Part shown: positions 11,600 through 24,161 of the stretch, one piece after another | Layout: every line of letters starts with the position of its first letter | Position numbering within the stretch: the stretch's first letter is position 1 | DNA from: Chiloscyllium plagiosum | Lineage: Eukaryota | NCBI RefSeq assembly: GCF_004010195.1 | Contig: NC_057717.1 | Coordinates: forward strand, 37,700,340-37,763,806 | Direction: 5' to 3' | DNA: 63,467 nucleotides | Program-made: the position numbers and the translations under genes | The notes under the pieces: generated by a model | What the model was told of the DNA's origin: nothing | Database searches by the model: none | The model's input: only the letters and a program-made list of their open reading frames with translations

Positions 11600-12290
11600 G
11601 GCAGAGGTAAATCAACAGTTTCTGTTTTCACAGTGCAAGATAATTTCTTCCCAAAATTTAAAACAACTGCAAAGGATCATGATGGAAGTACTATGACGAG
11701 GAAGAAGCTATTAAATGCATTGATGGGATCATAGGCAGGTCAGACCCTCGGCCTGCAGTCGATCATATTAAAGGATGTAACAGCAGAGATAGTGGATGTG
11801 TTAATTAGGATATTCAAAAAAAATCTTGAAGTCTGGAACGGTACCGATGTATTGGAAAATTAATAATGTAGTACTCGTTCCCAAAACAGGAGATAGGCAG
11901 AAATTCACAAACTGTCGACCAGTGAGTTTAACCTCTGCAGTGGGGAAGTTTCTTCAGTCAACCGTAAAGTATGAAATAACTAAACACTTGGAAAACAAAG
12001 ATCAATTCACCAGTGTCAGCACAGTTTCATGATGGGCAGGTTGTGCTTGACAAACTTGCTGGAGCTCTTTGAGAATGTAACCAGCAAGGTGGATAATGGG
12101 GATACAGCAACTGGTGTACATCTGAACTTCAGAAGGCATTTGACAAGGTGCTGCATAAGGGACTGATCTAGCCGGTTAGATCCAAGGAGTTAAGGGTAGA
12201 GTATTGAATTGGATAGAGGATTGACTGACTAACAGAAAGCAGAGCATCGTGATAAATGGTCTTTCCCTGGCGAACGGAAACTATTGAGTG
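11600..12290 (+). mobile_element. CR1 LINE reverse-transcriptase fragment
   Basis: ORF 11826..12032 reads SGTVPMYWKINNVV...NCRPVSLTSAVGKFLQS, followed by degenerate CLTNLLE and KAFDKV motifs. Confidence 0.85.
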
Positions 12291-13813
12291 CTTCAGACCT
12301 GCCTATGCTCCCAAGCATTTCCATGGATTGCCTTGGATGTGTTTCGTGGGATAGGGATTGTGTGTTCCGGGCATGAATGGGTGTATAGCAGGGTAGGGTT
12401 TGTCAATGTGAGTGGAAATTTAGGTCTAGGCAGAGTAAGTGCAGTGGTTAGTCTGAAAGAGGAGGTTTGGTGGTGAACTGCGTATCAGTTTGATAGTTAT
12501 TAAAGTTAAAGATTACTTGTTCATTTCTCAAATCACATTTACGTGAATACTCAGCTGTAACTCTCCAAAGTCTCTGAACCTTAATGGTCCTCCATTTTTC
12601 AGAGACCTCCAGAATTCAGATAATTGTAAATTAGATGTTTCAACTTCCAGCCAATTGGCATGAGTTCAGCCATGACAGCCATCCTCCCCGTCCCAGTGCT
12701 CAGCTCCTGCCTGTGCTGCTGCTGCAGTGACCTTCCTCCCAGAGAGAACATTCTGCCTTGCATTGATAAGTGAGGAAGGCTCACTGGACCTGATTTCCAA
12801 GTATGGGGACGGCAAACACGAGGGGACACAACTTTAAAGTGAGGGGAGATAGGNNNNNNNNNNNNNNNNNNNNNNNNNNNNNNNNNNNNNNNNNNNNNNN
12901 NNNNNNNNNNNNNNNNNNNNNNNNNNNNNNNNNNNNNNNNNNNNNNNNNNNNNNNNNNNNNNNNNNNNNNNNNNNNNNNNNNNNNNNNNNNNNNNNNNNN
13001 NNNNNNNNNNNNNNNNNNNNNNNNNNNNNNNNNNNNNNNNNNNNNNNNNNNNNNNNNNNNNNNNNNNNNNNNNNNNNNNNNNNNNNNNNNNNNNNNNNNN
13101 NNNNNNNNNNNNNNNNNNNNNNNNNNNNNNNNNNNNNNNNNNNNNNNNNNNNNNNNNNNNNNNNNNNNNNNNNNNNNNNNNNNNNNNNNNNNNNNNNNNN
13201 NNNNNNNNNNNNNNNNNNNNNNNNNNNNNNNNNNNNNNNNNNNNNNNNNNNNNNNNNNNNNNNNNNNNNNNNNNNNNNNNNNNNNNNNNNNNNNNNNNNN
13301 NNNNNNNNNNNNNNNNNNNNNNNNNNNNNNNNNNNNNNNNNNNNNNNNNNNNNNNNNNNNNNNNNNNNNNNNNNNNNNNNNNNNNNNNNNNNNNNNNNNN
13401 NNNNNNNNNNNNNNNNNNNNNNNNNNNNNNNNNNNNNNNNNNNNNNNNNNNNNNNNNNNNNNNNNNNNNNNNNNNNNNNNNNNNNNNNNNNNNNNNNNNN
13501 NNNNNNNNNNNNNNNNNNNNNNNNNNNNNNNNNNNNNNNNNNNNNNNNNNNNNNNNNNNNNNNNNNNNNNNNNNNNNNNNNNNNNNNNNNNNNNNNNNNN
13601 NNNNNNNNNNNNNNNNNNNNNNNNNNNNNNNNNNNNNNNNNNNNNNNNNNNNNNNNNNNNNNNNNNNNNNNNNNNNNNNNNNNNNNNNNNNNNNNNNNNN
13701 NNNNNNNNNNNNNNNNNNNNNNNNNNNNNNNNNNNNNNNNNNNNNNNNNNNNNNNNNNNNNNNNNNNNNNNNNNNNNNNNNNNNNNNNNNNNNNNNNNNN
13801 NNNNNNNNNNNNN

Positions 13814-13985
13814 GGGAATTGCAAATGTTGTGTTCAGTGATTGGGAGTTTAGGTGCATTAGTCAGGGTTAAATGTAGCATAATAGGGTAGGGGAATGGGT
13901 CTGGATGCGTTACTTTTCAGAGGGTGGGTGTGGATTTGTTGGGCCAAATGGCCTGTTTGCACACACTGTAGAATTTTGATGAATC
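13814..13985 (+). mobile_element. HE1-type (V-SINE) 3' fragment
   Basis: GGGTAGGGGAATGGGTCTGG...GTGGATTTGTTGGGCCAAATGGCCTGTTT..CACACTGTA matches the 3' end of the SINE at 45791-46013. Confidence 0.65.
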
Positions 13986-14320
13986 TGCATTTCCTTGGTT
14001 TGTATTTTGTGAAACTTCACTGCTCTTCACAGCAATCCAATGAAAGTGTCCGTTGGTGAGATCTTCAAACAGTTACTGGGGTGGGATCAGGATGTTCTTC
14101 TTCCTAAATTATATGGTAATGGTCAAGGTCCAGGGCATGTTTCTGAAGAGGGAACCAATGATCATGATCAGCAACTGTTACGAATCAAAAATAAACTCCA
14201 CTTATGCTGTAGACTCAGCGGGAGCATACTGGCAAACGTTTACAGCTGAGGATACATTTGAGTAACTGATAAGGTCAAATTAACAGAAACTAACATGCTC
14301 AATTGGTCATTCTATTGTAG

Positions 14321-14626
14321 AGACACCATCTCCCCCCACGCTTTATGGCCTGGTCTCCTCCTGTCAGGAGCACAACACCGGTTCTGCAATCTTTGGTTGT
14401 TTGGCGATGGACTATTCCCCTGACGTCACCAAGGTAACCTGGAAAAAAGGAGGGGAGCTGATCACGACTGGATTGAAGACTTACCCATCAGTGAGAAACA
14501 AGAAGGGAACCTACACCTTGAGCAGCCAGTTAACCCTGCCCGAGTCAGCGGTACATTGCCCCAGCAAAATCTACTGTGAGGTTCAACACAACGGGTTACA
14601 CAAGAGCAAAGAAATGCCATGTCCAG
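14321..14626 (+). CDS. IGHM: IgM heavy chain CH1 (Cmu1) exon
   Basis: Splice sites TTGTAG| and G|GTAC, phase 1/1, 306 nt. Translates (E)[15 protein letters not shown]...[20 protein letters not shown]...YTLSSQLTL...IYCEVQH...EMPCP, a C1-set domain with the light-chain Cys. Confidence 0.95.
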
Positions 14627-14699
14627 GTACGTGTTGTGGGAGCTGAGATAAACAGAGCATCTGGGATTAATATGAATAAGGCATTATTTATAACCGTTT

Positions 14700-17600
14700 T
14701 CACAGAATCACCTTATACAGCACAGGATAAAAGGCCCTTTGATCCATCCAGTTCATGCCTATCAATAACAGCCACCTAACTATTCCAGTCTCATGTGCCA
14801 GCACATGATCCATTGCCTTGTGTGACTTGCCCTTGCAAGGATGCATCTCAATACTTCATGCTTATTATGAGGGGCTCAGTCTCTACATGACTTATAGGTG
14901 CTTAGTTCCAGGCTAACACCACCCTCTGTTTGAGTTTGCTTTCCCCTGAGATCCACTTGGTAGCTCCAGGCCTTACCTTCACCCTGTGCCCCTGAGGCAT
15001 TGATCTCTCCATCAAGGGGAAAGGTTTCATCCAGTTTACCCTGTCTATGCCTAAAATAATTCTAGACATCATGATAATCTTCTCCCTAATTCTCCTCTGC
15101 TCCAAGGAAAGCCCCTGTCTATCTAATCTAGTTTCATAACTAAAACCCTCCAACCCAGGCAAGATCCTGACAAATCTCATCAATACTGCCTTCAGTGTAA
15201 TCACATTCCTTCGATAACATGCACACAACGCTTCTGTGTGGCCTAACCAGTGTTCTATTAAGTTCCAGTATCATCTCCCTACTCTTCATTGTCAATGTCT
15301 AGGCTAATAAAAGCAAATTTCCTCCCACTTTCTTAGCCTCTTTATCCAGACGACACAATACTATAAGGGTCAGTGGGTACATGCACCAAAGATCCTCAGT
15401 CCTTTCCAGGGTTCCACCATTCAAAACATCATACCTCACAGATTCTTCTGCCGAATTACATCACCTTACATTTATCTGGAATAATTTCCATTTGCAACTT
15501 CTCTTCACACACAATCCTCCTGCAATCTAAAGCCATTATGCTCATGAATTACCAACATAACAGTTTTCATTTCATCTGTGAATTCACTGGTTAATCCTCC
15601 TAAATTTGAGTCTCAATCATTGGTATGCAAGAGAAATAGTAAGGAAATCAACATTAATCCCTACAGAACACCAGGGAGACATAGATTTCCAGTCACGCAG
15701 ACTCCCGATGACTATTATCCCCTGCTCCCATCACTCAGCCAGTTCTAGATCCAATCTGTCAAATTAACTCGGATCCCACTGGCTCTGATTATTGCTGTCA
15801 TCTGGACATCGAGTTATCTCTCTGAAAACTACTATCAAATTGTTACACATGACTTCCTCTCAATAAAACCATGCTGAAAATTGTTGATTTATCTTCCAAA
15901 TGAAGACTAATTTCACTTCTCAATAGTTTCCCTACCACTGAGACGAGCTTGACAGATCAATGTTTTCATTGTTTATCCCTTCCTTCGTCCTGCATAACAG
16001 TGCAACGTTGGATGATCTACACTCACTTGGCACAACTGCTGTGGCCAGATAGGAATTCTAAATTATTGTCAGCAACCCAACTATTTCATCCTTTGCAACG
16101 CTCAACAGCTTGGTATACTTTTCATCTGCCCTAGAAATATAACCACTTTTCATTCAGCAAGACAACACAGAACATCACGTCATGTGTCCTAATTTCTGAA
16201 AGCACATCACAACACCCCTCCATGATTTCTGTCCCCACATTGTCACTCTTACTAGTGAACACTGACAGAACACATTAGTTTTGGTCACAACCTAATCCTC
16301 CGGCTCCACTCCAATAACAACACTTAATGGGCATTATTGTTTCCCAAATAATTTTTTTATTATGAATGAGCCTGTAACTTTTAAAAATATTTTCCTTTAT
16401 TTTGACTGCTATTATTTTCTCATGGTCCCTTTTGCACTTCTAATTCCTTTGTCTTTCAAACTCCCCCTTGCACGTTCTGTACTCCATATTAGTTTCTATT
16501 GTTTTGAGATTTCAGTATAGACCGGAAGCCTCCCTTGTTTCTCTTTATCTCCCCCTCCATGCCCTTTGGTGTCCAGAGCCCGCTGCATTCTTGGTACCAC
16601 GCAGTGGCTTCCTGGGAAATGCCCTCCCTGTGATTTTCCTATCACTTTCTTAAATGTGTCACACTGCTCTAACTCAGATTTACCAATAAGTGTCAGCTTC
16701 CAGTCCACTCTGGTCAGTCAAGTCATTACCTCATCTTACAAAAAATGTCCTTCGCCTTTTCAGAACTTTGAGCCAATTTCTATTCCTTTGCAGTACAATC
16801 TGAAATCCAACTGATTTACGATCACTGTCTGCAAAGTGCTCCACCAGTGGTGTTTTACCCACTGGGTCGACTTCACTCCCTAAAGTTAAGTCCAGGTTCA
16901 CACCTCCCTTGCAAGGTCTGGATTAAAATTCTCTGTATTAAACACATACTTGGTTAAAATATTCTCCTGGGGGCATTTTCAGAATTCTGCTCCCTCTAAA
17001 GTTTTGACAAAATGAATATCCAAACCTATGCTGAGGAAGTTAAAAACCTCTCTTCTCATTCCCCTATTTAATTTACATTTCTCTGAAATTTGCCCTTGTA
17101 TTTGCACTTGGTCTTTTGGACCTATGGTAAGGTCTATCGTGCTCTCCCAGTAGTTATGTTTGCTGTATTTTGGTTTTGAAGTACTGTCCATTTGCATTTG
17201 TTCGAGGAGGTATCCATGATTTCATTTCTCTTTACAGCCTAAAATACTCATGTCAGAATTGCGACAGAAGCAACATTCTGTACCGCGCACCCCCGCCCCC
17301 ATCATTTTCCATCTTTCCCTGTCTCGCCTGAAGCCACTAAATCCTGGAATATTGAATAGCCACGCCTGCTTGGCTCTCAATATGTCTCCATGATAGCAAC
17401 GGCATCATTTCTTCATTTATGACAGTAATTCGTCTGCCTTGTTCATCAGACTCTGTCATTAAAACGAATACCATCCAACGTTGCTATCTCCCTTCTGATG
17501 TTACCGGCCTATAGTTTCTCTGCCTCCTTGACTCCCTTGCAGTGTCCTATAATTTTAGCCTTTCACATTGTCCTGCTGATCTTTCTGTGTGGATCCCAGC
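14700..17600 (-). mobile_element. Long degenerate CR1 LINE in the CH1-CH2 intron
   Basis: ORF 14902..15228 (RFVRILPGLEGFSYETRLDRQGL...GHRVKV...QRVVLAWN) is the CR1 ORF2 C-terminus. RT and endonuclease-like remnants continue to ~17.6 kb. Confidence 0.75.
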
Positions 17601-17724
17601 TTCTCCAGCACTCTGCACAATTATGATTCCTGTATCCATTAACCACAAGAAACCTTGATATATGAGAACTGATTGTATTTGTTATGAAATTCGTCGGATA
17701 ATGTACGCGATGTGTTTCCTAAAG

Positions 17725-18034
17725 GTCCAGACATTCTCCCACCAACTCTTCTCCTAACTGTGAGCTCCAGTGAAGAAATCGCAAGCAGCAAGTTTGCAAC
17801 CGTCGTCTGTTCAATCATCGAGTTCCGTCGAAGTCAATCTCCGTGAGTTGGTTGAAAAATGGCTGACCCTTGGATTCTGGCTTCTTCATGTCTCCCGTGT
17901 GTGAGGCGAATGGGAACTTCTCGGCGACGAGTCGTCTGATGGTCCCTTATGGTTAATGGTTCAACAGCGCAGTCTATACCTGCCAGGTCACTCATGGAAA
18001 GAACATTAAAGTAAAAACATCACGGCACTCCAGG
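17725..18034 (+). pseudogene. IGHM: IgM CH2 (Cmu2) pseudo-exon
   Basis: AAAG|GT CCA GAC... encodes PDILPPTLLLTVSSSEEIASSKFATVVCSIIEF. A 1-nt deletion at ~17829 follows, then SISVSWLKNG*(TGA 17864)PLDSGFFMSPVCEANGNFSATSRLMVPYG*(TAA 17954)WFNSAVYTCQVTH, a second 1-nt deletion at ~18007, and donor G|GTAAGA. The length, 310 nt, is not a multiple of 3. Confidence 0.92.
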
Positions 18035-18329
18035 GTAAGAGACACATACTGAGAGAGCTACAAATCATTCTGAATTCTGATGTGAATCAAACACACTAAT
18101 TTATAAGGCGGAGTAAACAGCACAGTACAGCTTCTCATTTCCCAACATGCCACGTATCTCATTTCAGTTTGAGTGTTACATTAGCATTGCTCATAATTCA
18201 ACATTTTGGCAAGTCAGAAAAGCATGTTTCCTCTCTGTTGAAGATAGATATATAGACAGTGAGCTTTGTTAAATAGTTTGTTGCCTCACCATGCTGGGAG
18301 AGGCATTCAGAGTGCTGAATCCTTGCCTA

Positions 18330-18660
18330 ATAGCCACTTCAAGGATACGCTTGGGGGTGGAGGGGGATATTGGATAGATATCTGATTGAAACATAGAAAA
18401 TACTGAGAGACTGAGGTCGTGTGAACGTGGAATAGATGTTTTAACTGGTAGGAGAGACTAGGACCCAAGGGCACAGTCTCCAGGTCAAAGGAGCACCGTT
18501 TAGAACTGAGATGTGGAGGAATTTCTTCACCCAGAGGGTGATGAGTCTGTGGAACTTGTTGCTGCAGAGGGCTGTGGAGGCCAGGCCATTGTGTGTATTC
18601 GAGCCAGAGATAAATCGGCTCTTGTTTAGTATGGGGAGAAGGCAGGAGAATGGCTTTAGC
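18330..18660 (+). mobile_element. CR1 LINE 3' end, followed by a short palindromic-repeat fragment to ~18740
   Basis: ORF 18511..18699 reads RNFFTQRVMSLWNLL. Confidence 0.8.
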
Positions 18661-20004
18661 CCAAAACATCGATTTTCCTGCTCATCGGATGCTGCCTGAC
18701 CTGCTGCGCTTTTCCCAGCATCATTCTGATCTCAACTCTGGATTGGCCGAACAGCCTTATTCTGATCATCTATCTTATGATGTTGGGGCCTCAAAATGAC
18801 GTGGTTAAAATATGCAGTGACCCTTACTTGAAAATAAATCAAAATGCGTCCAATGCTTCATTCCCTGCTCAGGAGTGACCTGTTGGCCTTGGACACTGTA
18901 CGACATCAATGTTTATCTGGTACTGAGCTCTTTAACTTCATTTATGGGATCAGACCACAGACCAAGTGGCTATCACATTTGATGAACTGGGATAAACGTG
19001 ATCTAACTGAGTTGCTTTAAGATGCTCTCTGTAATTAGTGGATGCGGCAGGAGAACAAATTCTCGTGGGAATGCTACAATAGGGATGAATGAACTCGGAA
19101 CTCGAGACATGCTGATTTAGCCTGGTTTGGGGTGGCGATGTTTACACAGTGAGTAGTGGATGTCTATAAAATTAGTGTACATTTCCATCGCGTTTGTAGA
19201 TTAATTTAAGACGCTTTTGATTGTTTGTTTTTTCTCCCCTGCACTATGAAGAAATTAAAAAATGCAGCTTGGTAAATAAAGTGAAAGTACAGACCAGTTA
19301 TGAACTAACTGAATAGAGGGAAAGCCTTATGGAGATGGGTGACCTTCTCGATATCCAATGCTATATTCAATGTCTTGTTTTTAGATCTACTCCAAACACA
19401 GCCCACGAGGAACAATGACATAAATTAGAGAATGACATCACACCAATAACGCAATGTATTTTTGATCACGTTAAATATAATGAACAGAATTTCCATGGCT
19501 GTTCACCGCTCCTGTAACACTTTAGAACTCTGCAAAGAGAATAATTATTATTTATTATAATTTGTCCAAAATTTGGGATGTGGTTTAGCAGTCAGCGTGA
19601 CCAGCAGCACTTGCACCTAAAGGTTATGATCATGGAAATGAACTCATTATATTCAGATTACTCTTGTCACAAGTATCAATAGATGGTGTTAAGTGAGAGA
19701 CAAACTCCGAAAGAAAGGTCATTCCATGGGTTACATAATGGTATCTTCGATGATTTTACTTTTTTCACAGGTTTCACTTGTTACAAAGCCAGTGTTCTTT
19801 CGGAATAATTACGCAGGATATGTCATAGGTAATCACAAATGTTTCACAGATCAAAATACATCAACAATAGTCAGCATCGTGTCAGCAATAGTTGGAGTTG
19901 CCATTTTGAAGGTGGTGTCTTCACCCTGTGAAGAAGTAATCTGAAGATTGGCTGTTTGTATCAGAAAGGGGCATTTTTCATTGACTTTGATTTTTGTTTC
20001 ATAG

Positions 20005-20313
20005 AAGATACCGTGTGCCACCCTAACACCGTTAAAATCCTCCCACCGCCAGTAGAGCAAGTCTTACTGGAGGCGACGGTGACGTTAACCTGCGTTGTGT
20101 CCAATCTTCCTTCTGGAGTCAACGTGACCTGGAAACAAGAAAAGAAGCCTCTGAAATCAGAGATTGCTGACCAGCCTGGACAGAATCCCGACAGCGTGAT
20201 CAGCAAATTAGACATTTCTACTGAAGCCTGGCTGACTGGCGTTACTTTTGAATGTGTGGTGTACCATCAGAATCTGCCGACTCCGCTGAGAAACTTCATC
20301 CACAAGGAGAAAG
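20005..20313 (+). CDS. IGHM: IgM heavy chain CH3 (Cmu3) exon
   Basis: Splice sites TTCATAG| and G|GTGAAC, phase 1/1, 309 nt. Translates (E)[33 protein letters not shown]...VTWKQ...[22 protein letters not shown]. Confidence 0.95.
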
Positions 20314-20767
20314 GTGAACGGTGAGATTAAAACACAAAGGATCCCATGTGTAATCCAGATCCAGTTACATCAATGGCAGGCTTTGATTGGTAATGAACAA
20401 ACACCGTTGGGGGCATTAATGATGCATCTGATGGCAGGATAGCTAAGTAGCTGATTAAGAAAAAGATGGACCAAAGGATATTGTATTCTGATTAAGTCAG
20501 ATATAGTAGGAAGAAGCCTGGGTTGTGACGTCACCATCATCAACGACAGTTGGACAGAATGCCCTTGTTGTGGGCTGGAAACATGGAGGCAACTTTCACA
20601 TTAAACTTTACTATTTTTACTGAACAGAATGTGTACCATACTGCTCCTTTAGAAAACGAAAGTGAATAAATCCCTAATTAGAAATGGCTTATCTTAATAT
20701 TTAGTGAAATTGTGATATTGGTTCAGGATGTTTTGGTTGATATATATTTGTCTCCAATATTCTGCAG

Positions 20768-21159
20768 TGAATAATCCGCTGGAGCCATCAGTGTCGGTCC
20801 TCCTGCCACCAACAGAAGAAATCTCCGCTCAGAGGTTTCTCTCCCTCACTTGTTTAGTGAGAGGTTTCTCCCCCCGAGAGATCTTCGTCAAGTGGACAAA
20901 CAATGACAAGCCGGTGAATCCCAGTAACTACAAGAACACTGAGGTGATGGCGGAGAGTGACCACACCTCCTTCTTCATCAACAGCCTGTTATCCATTACA
21001 GCGGAGGAGTGGACCAGCGGTGCTTCTTACTCCTGTGTGGTGGGACATGAAGCAATTCCATTGAAGATCATCAACAGAACAGTCAATAAATACAGCGGTA
21101 AACCGAGTTTCGTAAACATTTCACTTGCACTGATGGACACTGTTAATTCATGTCAATAA
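20768..21159 (+). CDS. IGHM: IgM heavy chain CH4 (Cmu4) exon with secretory tailpiece
   Basis: Acceptor CTGCAG|, then [37 protein letters not shown]...[11 protein letters not shown]...[20 protein letters not shown], the shark mu tailpiece with a sequon and penultimate Cys. An internal donor G|GTAAAC after 21097 serves the membrane form. Confidence 0.96.
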
Positions 21160-21195
21160 AAATCTCAAAGTTGCATTTAATAATTCAACAAAAGT

Positions 21196-21201
21196 AATAA
21201 A
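21196..21201 (+). terminator. Polyadenylation signal, secretory form
   Basis: AATAAA ~37 nt after the stop codon (another overlaps the stop at 21155-21160), followed by T/GT-rich sequence. Confidence 0.7.
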
Positions 21202-22289
21202 GTTGAGTTAAATATTCAATTAATTGTTTCTCACTCTGACTTACATTCCATCTGTGTAGTTAAAGTGGACTTTTAACAGGTCTAGGACGAGTGTCTTGTG
21301 TAGTTAATGTTCTCTGCTCAGATACACCCTTGGTCGGAGACAGAGTAAAGCTCACTCATTGCAGGATTCCGCCAAGTACCTTATCCATCCTAAATCACTC
21401 TGTGACAAAATCTGACAATGTCCATTTTATGTCAAGGGTAGAGTTCTTGATTCCCCCGATTGGACATTCTTACAAAATTCATGTCAGTTTTAAACTGACA
21501 CATTGCACCAATTGGAAGTGTTAATTTAAGATACTTTAAAATTAAATTTGATTGGAACATACCGATCGTAAAGAGTGCAGAACAGTTTGAATGTAACCTT
21601 TGTTTCTGGGGAACTTCCAGGGATCTTGTTCCAGTGCATGAGTTGACAGAATGTATCTTCACTTTCACACCAAAGAGAATCGACAGATAAGTTGTCGTGG
21701 AGCAGAGGGGAGGGGAACGTTGAATGGTCTGTCCTCTTGCTCCCTGTGCACAGTTTTCATGGTAGATGTCCTCTGTAATGTAACCCAGTTACGAACAGGA
21801 ACAGTCAGCTTCTTGCTTACTGTCCAAAGATTTAACATTTCCTTGCAAAATAATACCTTTGAAGCATGTTGGACACGCTTGGCTGTTAACAAATGATTAA
21901 CATTGATTCCCATAATCCAAAACTGGTGTTTGCATCGTCCCGGTTTGAATTCCACAGTTTTGTCTCAGTTTTCTGGAGACATGGGATCAATTCTGGTATT
22001 CGAATACCTGATTACAGTTTGTTTCTCATACAGAACACAAGTAGACATTTTCTAATAAACATATTCAGAAATGTTATCTCTGGGGCAATGGGGATTTGAA
22101 CTCATGCCTTTTCTCTCAGAGACAGAAATTCTATCACTGCAACAGAAGAGTTGCTCATAAAACACTTATCTCTCCACAACAATTGGAAATGTTTCCTACA
22201 ACACCAAGGTCAAACCTAATTATAAGCAATCCATTAAAATTAGAACAATAAATTGGAATAATAAAAATTGCAGTCTGGTATAAGAACAG

Positions 22290-23420
22290 ATACAGAGAGA
22301 TGATCGCAAATGCACACGCAATAACATATATACGGGCTCTCACCTGAAGACACATATTTATGTGCACACTCAAATGTGCATATAGATAAGATGTCACACA
22401 CGCATACTCGCTCAGAGCCACGCATGCAAGTGGTACTTGAGCACTCACCTAAGCTCATACAAAAACTCACATACACCGAAAGAAAATAATTTGCACAAAT
22501 GAAGACGGGTACTCACACATAACCATGAGAAACATAGACACACGGTAACACACAAATGGGCATGAATACATATACATTCATACAGCACAATGCGTACAGC
22601 AGAATACACGCATGAACACACAGAAACAAATTCTGAAAATATGTCCTCCCACATGTCAACTCACACAGGAACGTAAGTGCACAGAGATAAATATTAATAT
22701 CATTATTTTCCCATTTTCAGAATCACAAACATACAATGACAGAGACAGCTTAATTAGTTATTTTTAACCACATTGATAAGCATATATACAATGTCACATG
22801 TACACACAAATTCAGAGTCTCACATGCAGACACAAGTGCATAGATCAACAAATAGAAGGGCGTTTATTAAATAAGGATAATGGGCACAAGCATCAGCAAG
22901 CATCCACAAACAATAATACAAACAAGCTTATCAGGAGATGGTTTGGGAAAGATTGCCACACAAGCAGACATTGTCATATAAATATAAACATCCATCAAAA
23001 CATAACATTGCATGCTAAAATTTATTCAGCATAAACATGAAAATAACCCAGTTTAGGTAGGATCTGAAACAGACACATAAGCACACATTTTAGATAGCAC
23101 TAATGAAAAGTGAACACTCACAAAGACATTACAAGATAAGCATAGGCAGCAACGAAGTGGCATATTAGCATGATGATGCTTACACAATGTGAAAAGACCA
23201 AAATTTAGGTGCACAAACACATGGGTACACCAGCAGTAAAGGAACAGGAATATGTTTATTCATGCACAGACTCCAACATGGGCAAGAGTGAAGTAAGAGA
23301 CTCTCATAACCACATACACAAACATTAAAGGAAAACCAAACACACCAAGCAGTAGATCAAATAAATTAAGGGACACATGTACAAAAACTTATTCCTAAAT
23401 ATACAGATCCTACAAACAAA
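22290..23420 (+). repeat. Degenerate CA-rich low-complexity tract between CH4 and TM1
   Basis: Dense CACA/CATA/ACAC runs over ~1.1 kb. Confidence 0.7.
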
Positions 23421-23885
23421 TATATGAAGCAATGTCCTGACTGTGATGTCACTTATATTCACGATTTACCAAGCAATTGGTCACCAATACATAAAGTGAG
23501 AATCACATTTGAACTTTTATTCAGTGATGACCACGATTTTCAACTAAACCGCTGTCACAGCCTATATTTAAAATATAATGACATAATTAAAATCATCATT
23601 CGTAATAAGCATTCCTTAAATAATAATATCCTTAAATAATAGATTCAAAGAAAAATAATTTAAAATGTTATGGCATGGAAAATGAAGAAAGAACATGTGC
23701 AGTTAATATTTGTAATTTCTTGCTGAGTCAATAATGCACTAATAGATACAGATAAGACTCACATTGAGAAATACCTGACTGCTTTCTGAAGATGTAATGG
23801 TCCCTAATTACATGACTTGGATGCAGATAGATCGACCTGGATCAATAAACAATCTCAATGCGTTCTCTCGGCTTTATATTCATAG

Positions 23886-24013
23886 ATTCAATAGATCGCA
23901 CTTGGATTGAAGACTATGAGGATGATAACAGCAACATCTGGACAACTGCTTCCACGTTCATCACCTTGTTCTTCCTGAGTATTTTCTACAGCGCTGCCGT
24001 CACTCTGATGAAG
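23886..24013 (+). CDS. IGHM: IgM transmembrane exon TM1
   Basis: Acceptor CATAG|, translating (D)SIDRTWIEDYEDDNSNIWTTASTFITLFFLSIFYSAAVTLMK, then donor |GTGAGA. Contains the conserved antigen-receptor TM (CART) motif. Confidence 0.95.
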
Positions 24014-24152
24014 GTGAGAATAATCACATCTTTCTCACGCCAAGCTGCCCAATATGTTTTGTGAAATCTCTAAGTGTGTCATTGAATAAACATTAAATCT
24101 GAAAGTCCCTGATCATAAGTATCTGCGTCATTGCTTTATCTCTCTTTTTCAG

Positions 24153-24161
24153 GTTAATTAA
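24153..24161 (+). CDS. IGHM: IgM TM2 exon (V-N-stop)
   Basis: Pyrimidine tract TCTCTCTTTTTCAG|GTT AAT TAA, phase 0, matching the TM1 donor. Confidence 0.85.
   Translation, partial: VN

Noticed and set aside
10599-13880. Long ORFs of 170-419 aa in the ORF track (also near 34.3, 49.3 and 56.6 kb)
   Set aside because: They are artefacts of N runs translated as X.
14053-14110. SYWGG peptide upstream of CH1 as a JH segment
   Set aside because: It lacks WGxGTxVTV, an RSS and a suitable splice donor.
20526-20533. CRE site TGACGTCA and scattered octamer motifs as Ig enhancers
   Set aside because: Single short motifs expected by chance. At least one octamer falls inside LINE sequence, and none sits at an identifiable Ig promoter.
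20768-21159. IgNAR or IgW identity for the C exons
   Set aside because: The four-domain layout, CH1 light-chain Cys and [20 protein letters not shown] tail fit shark IgM.
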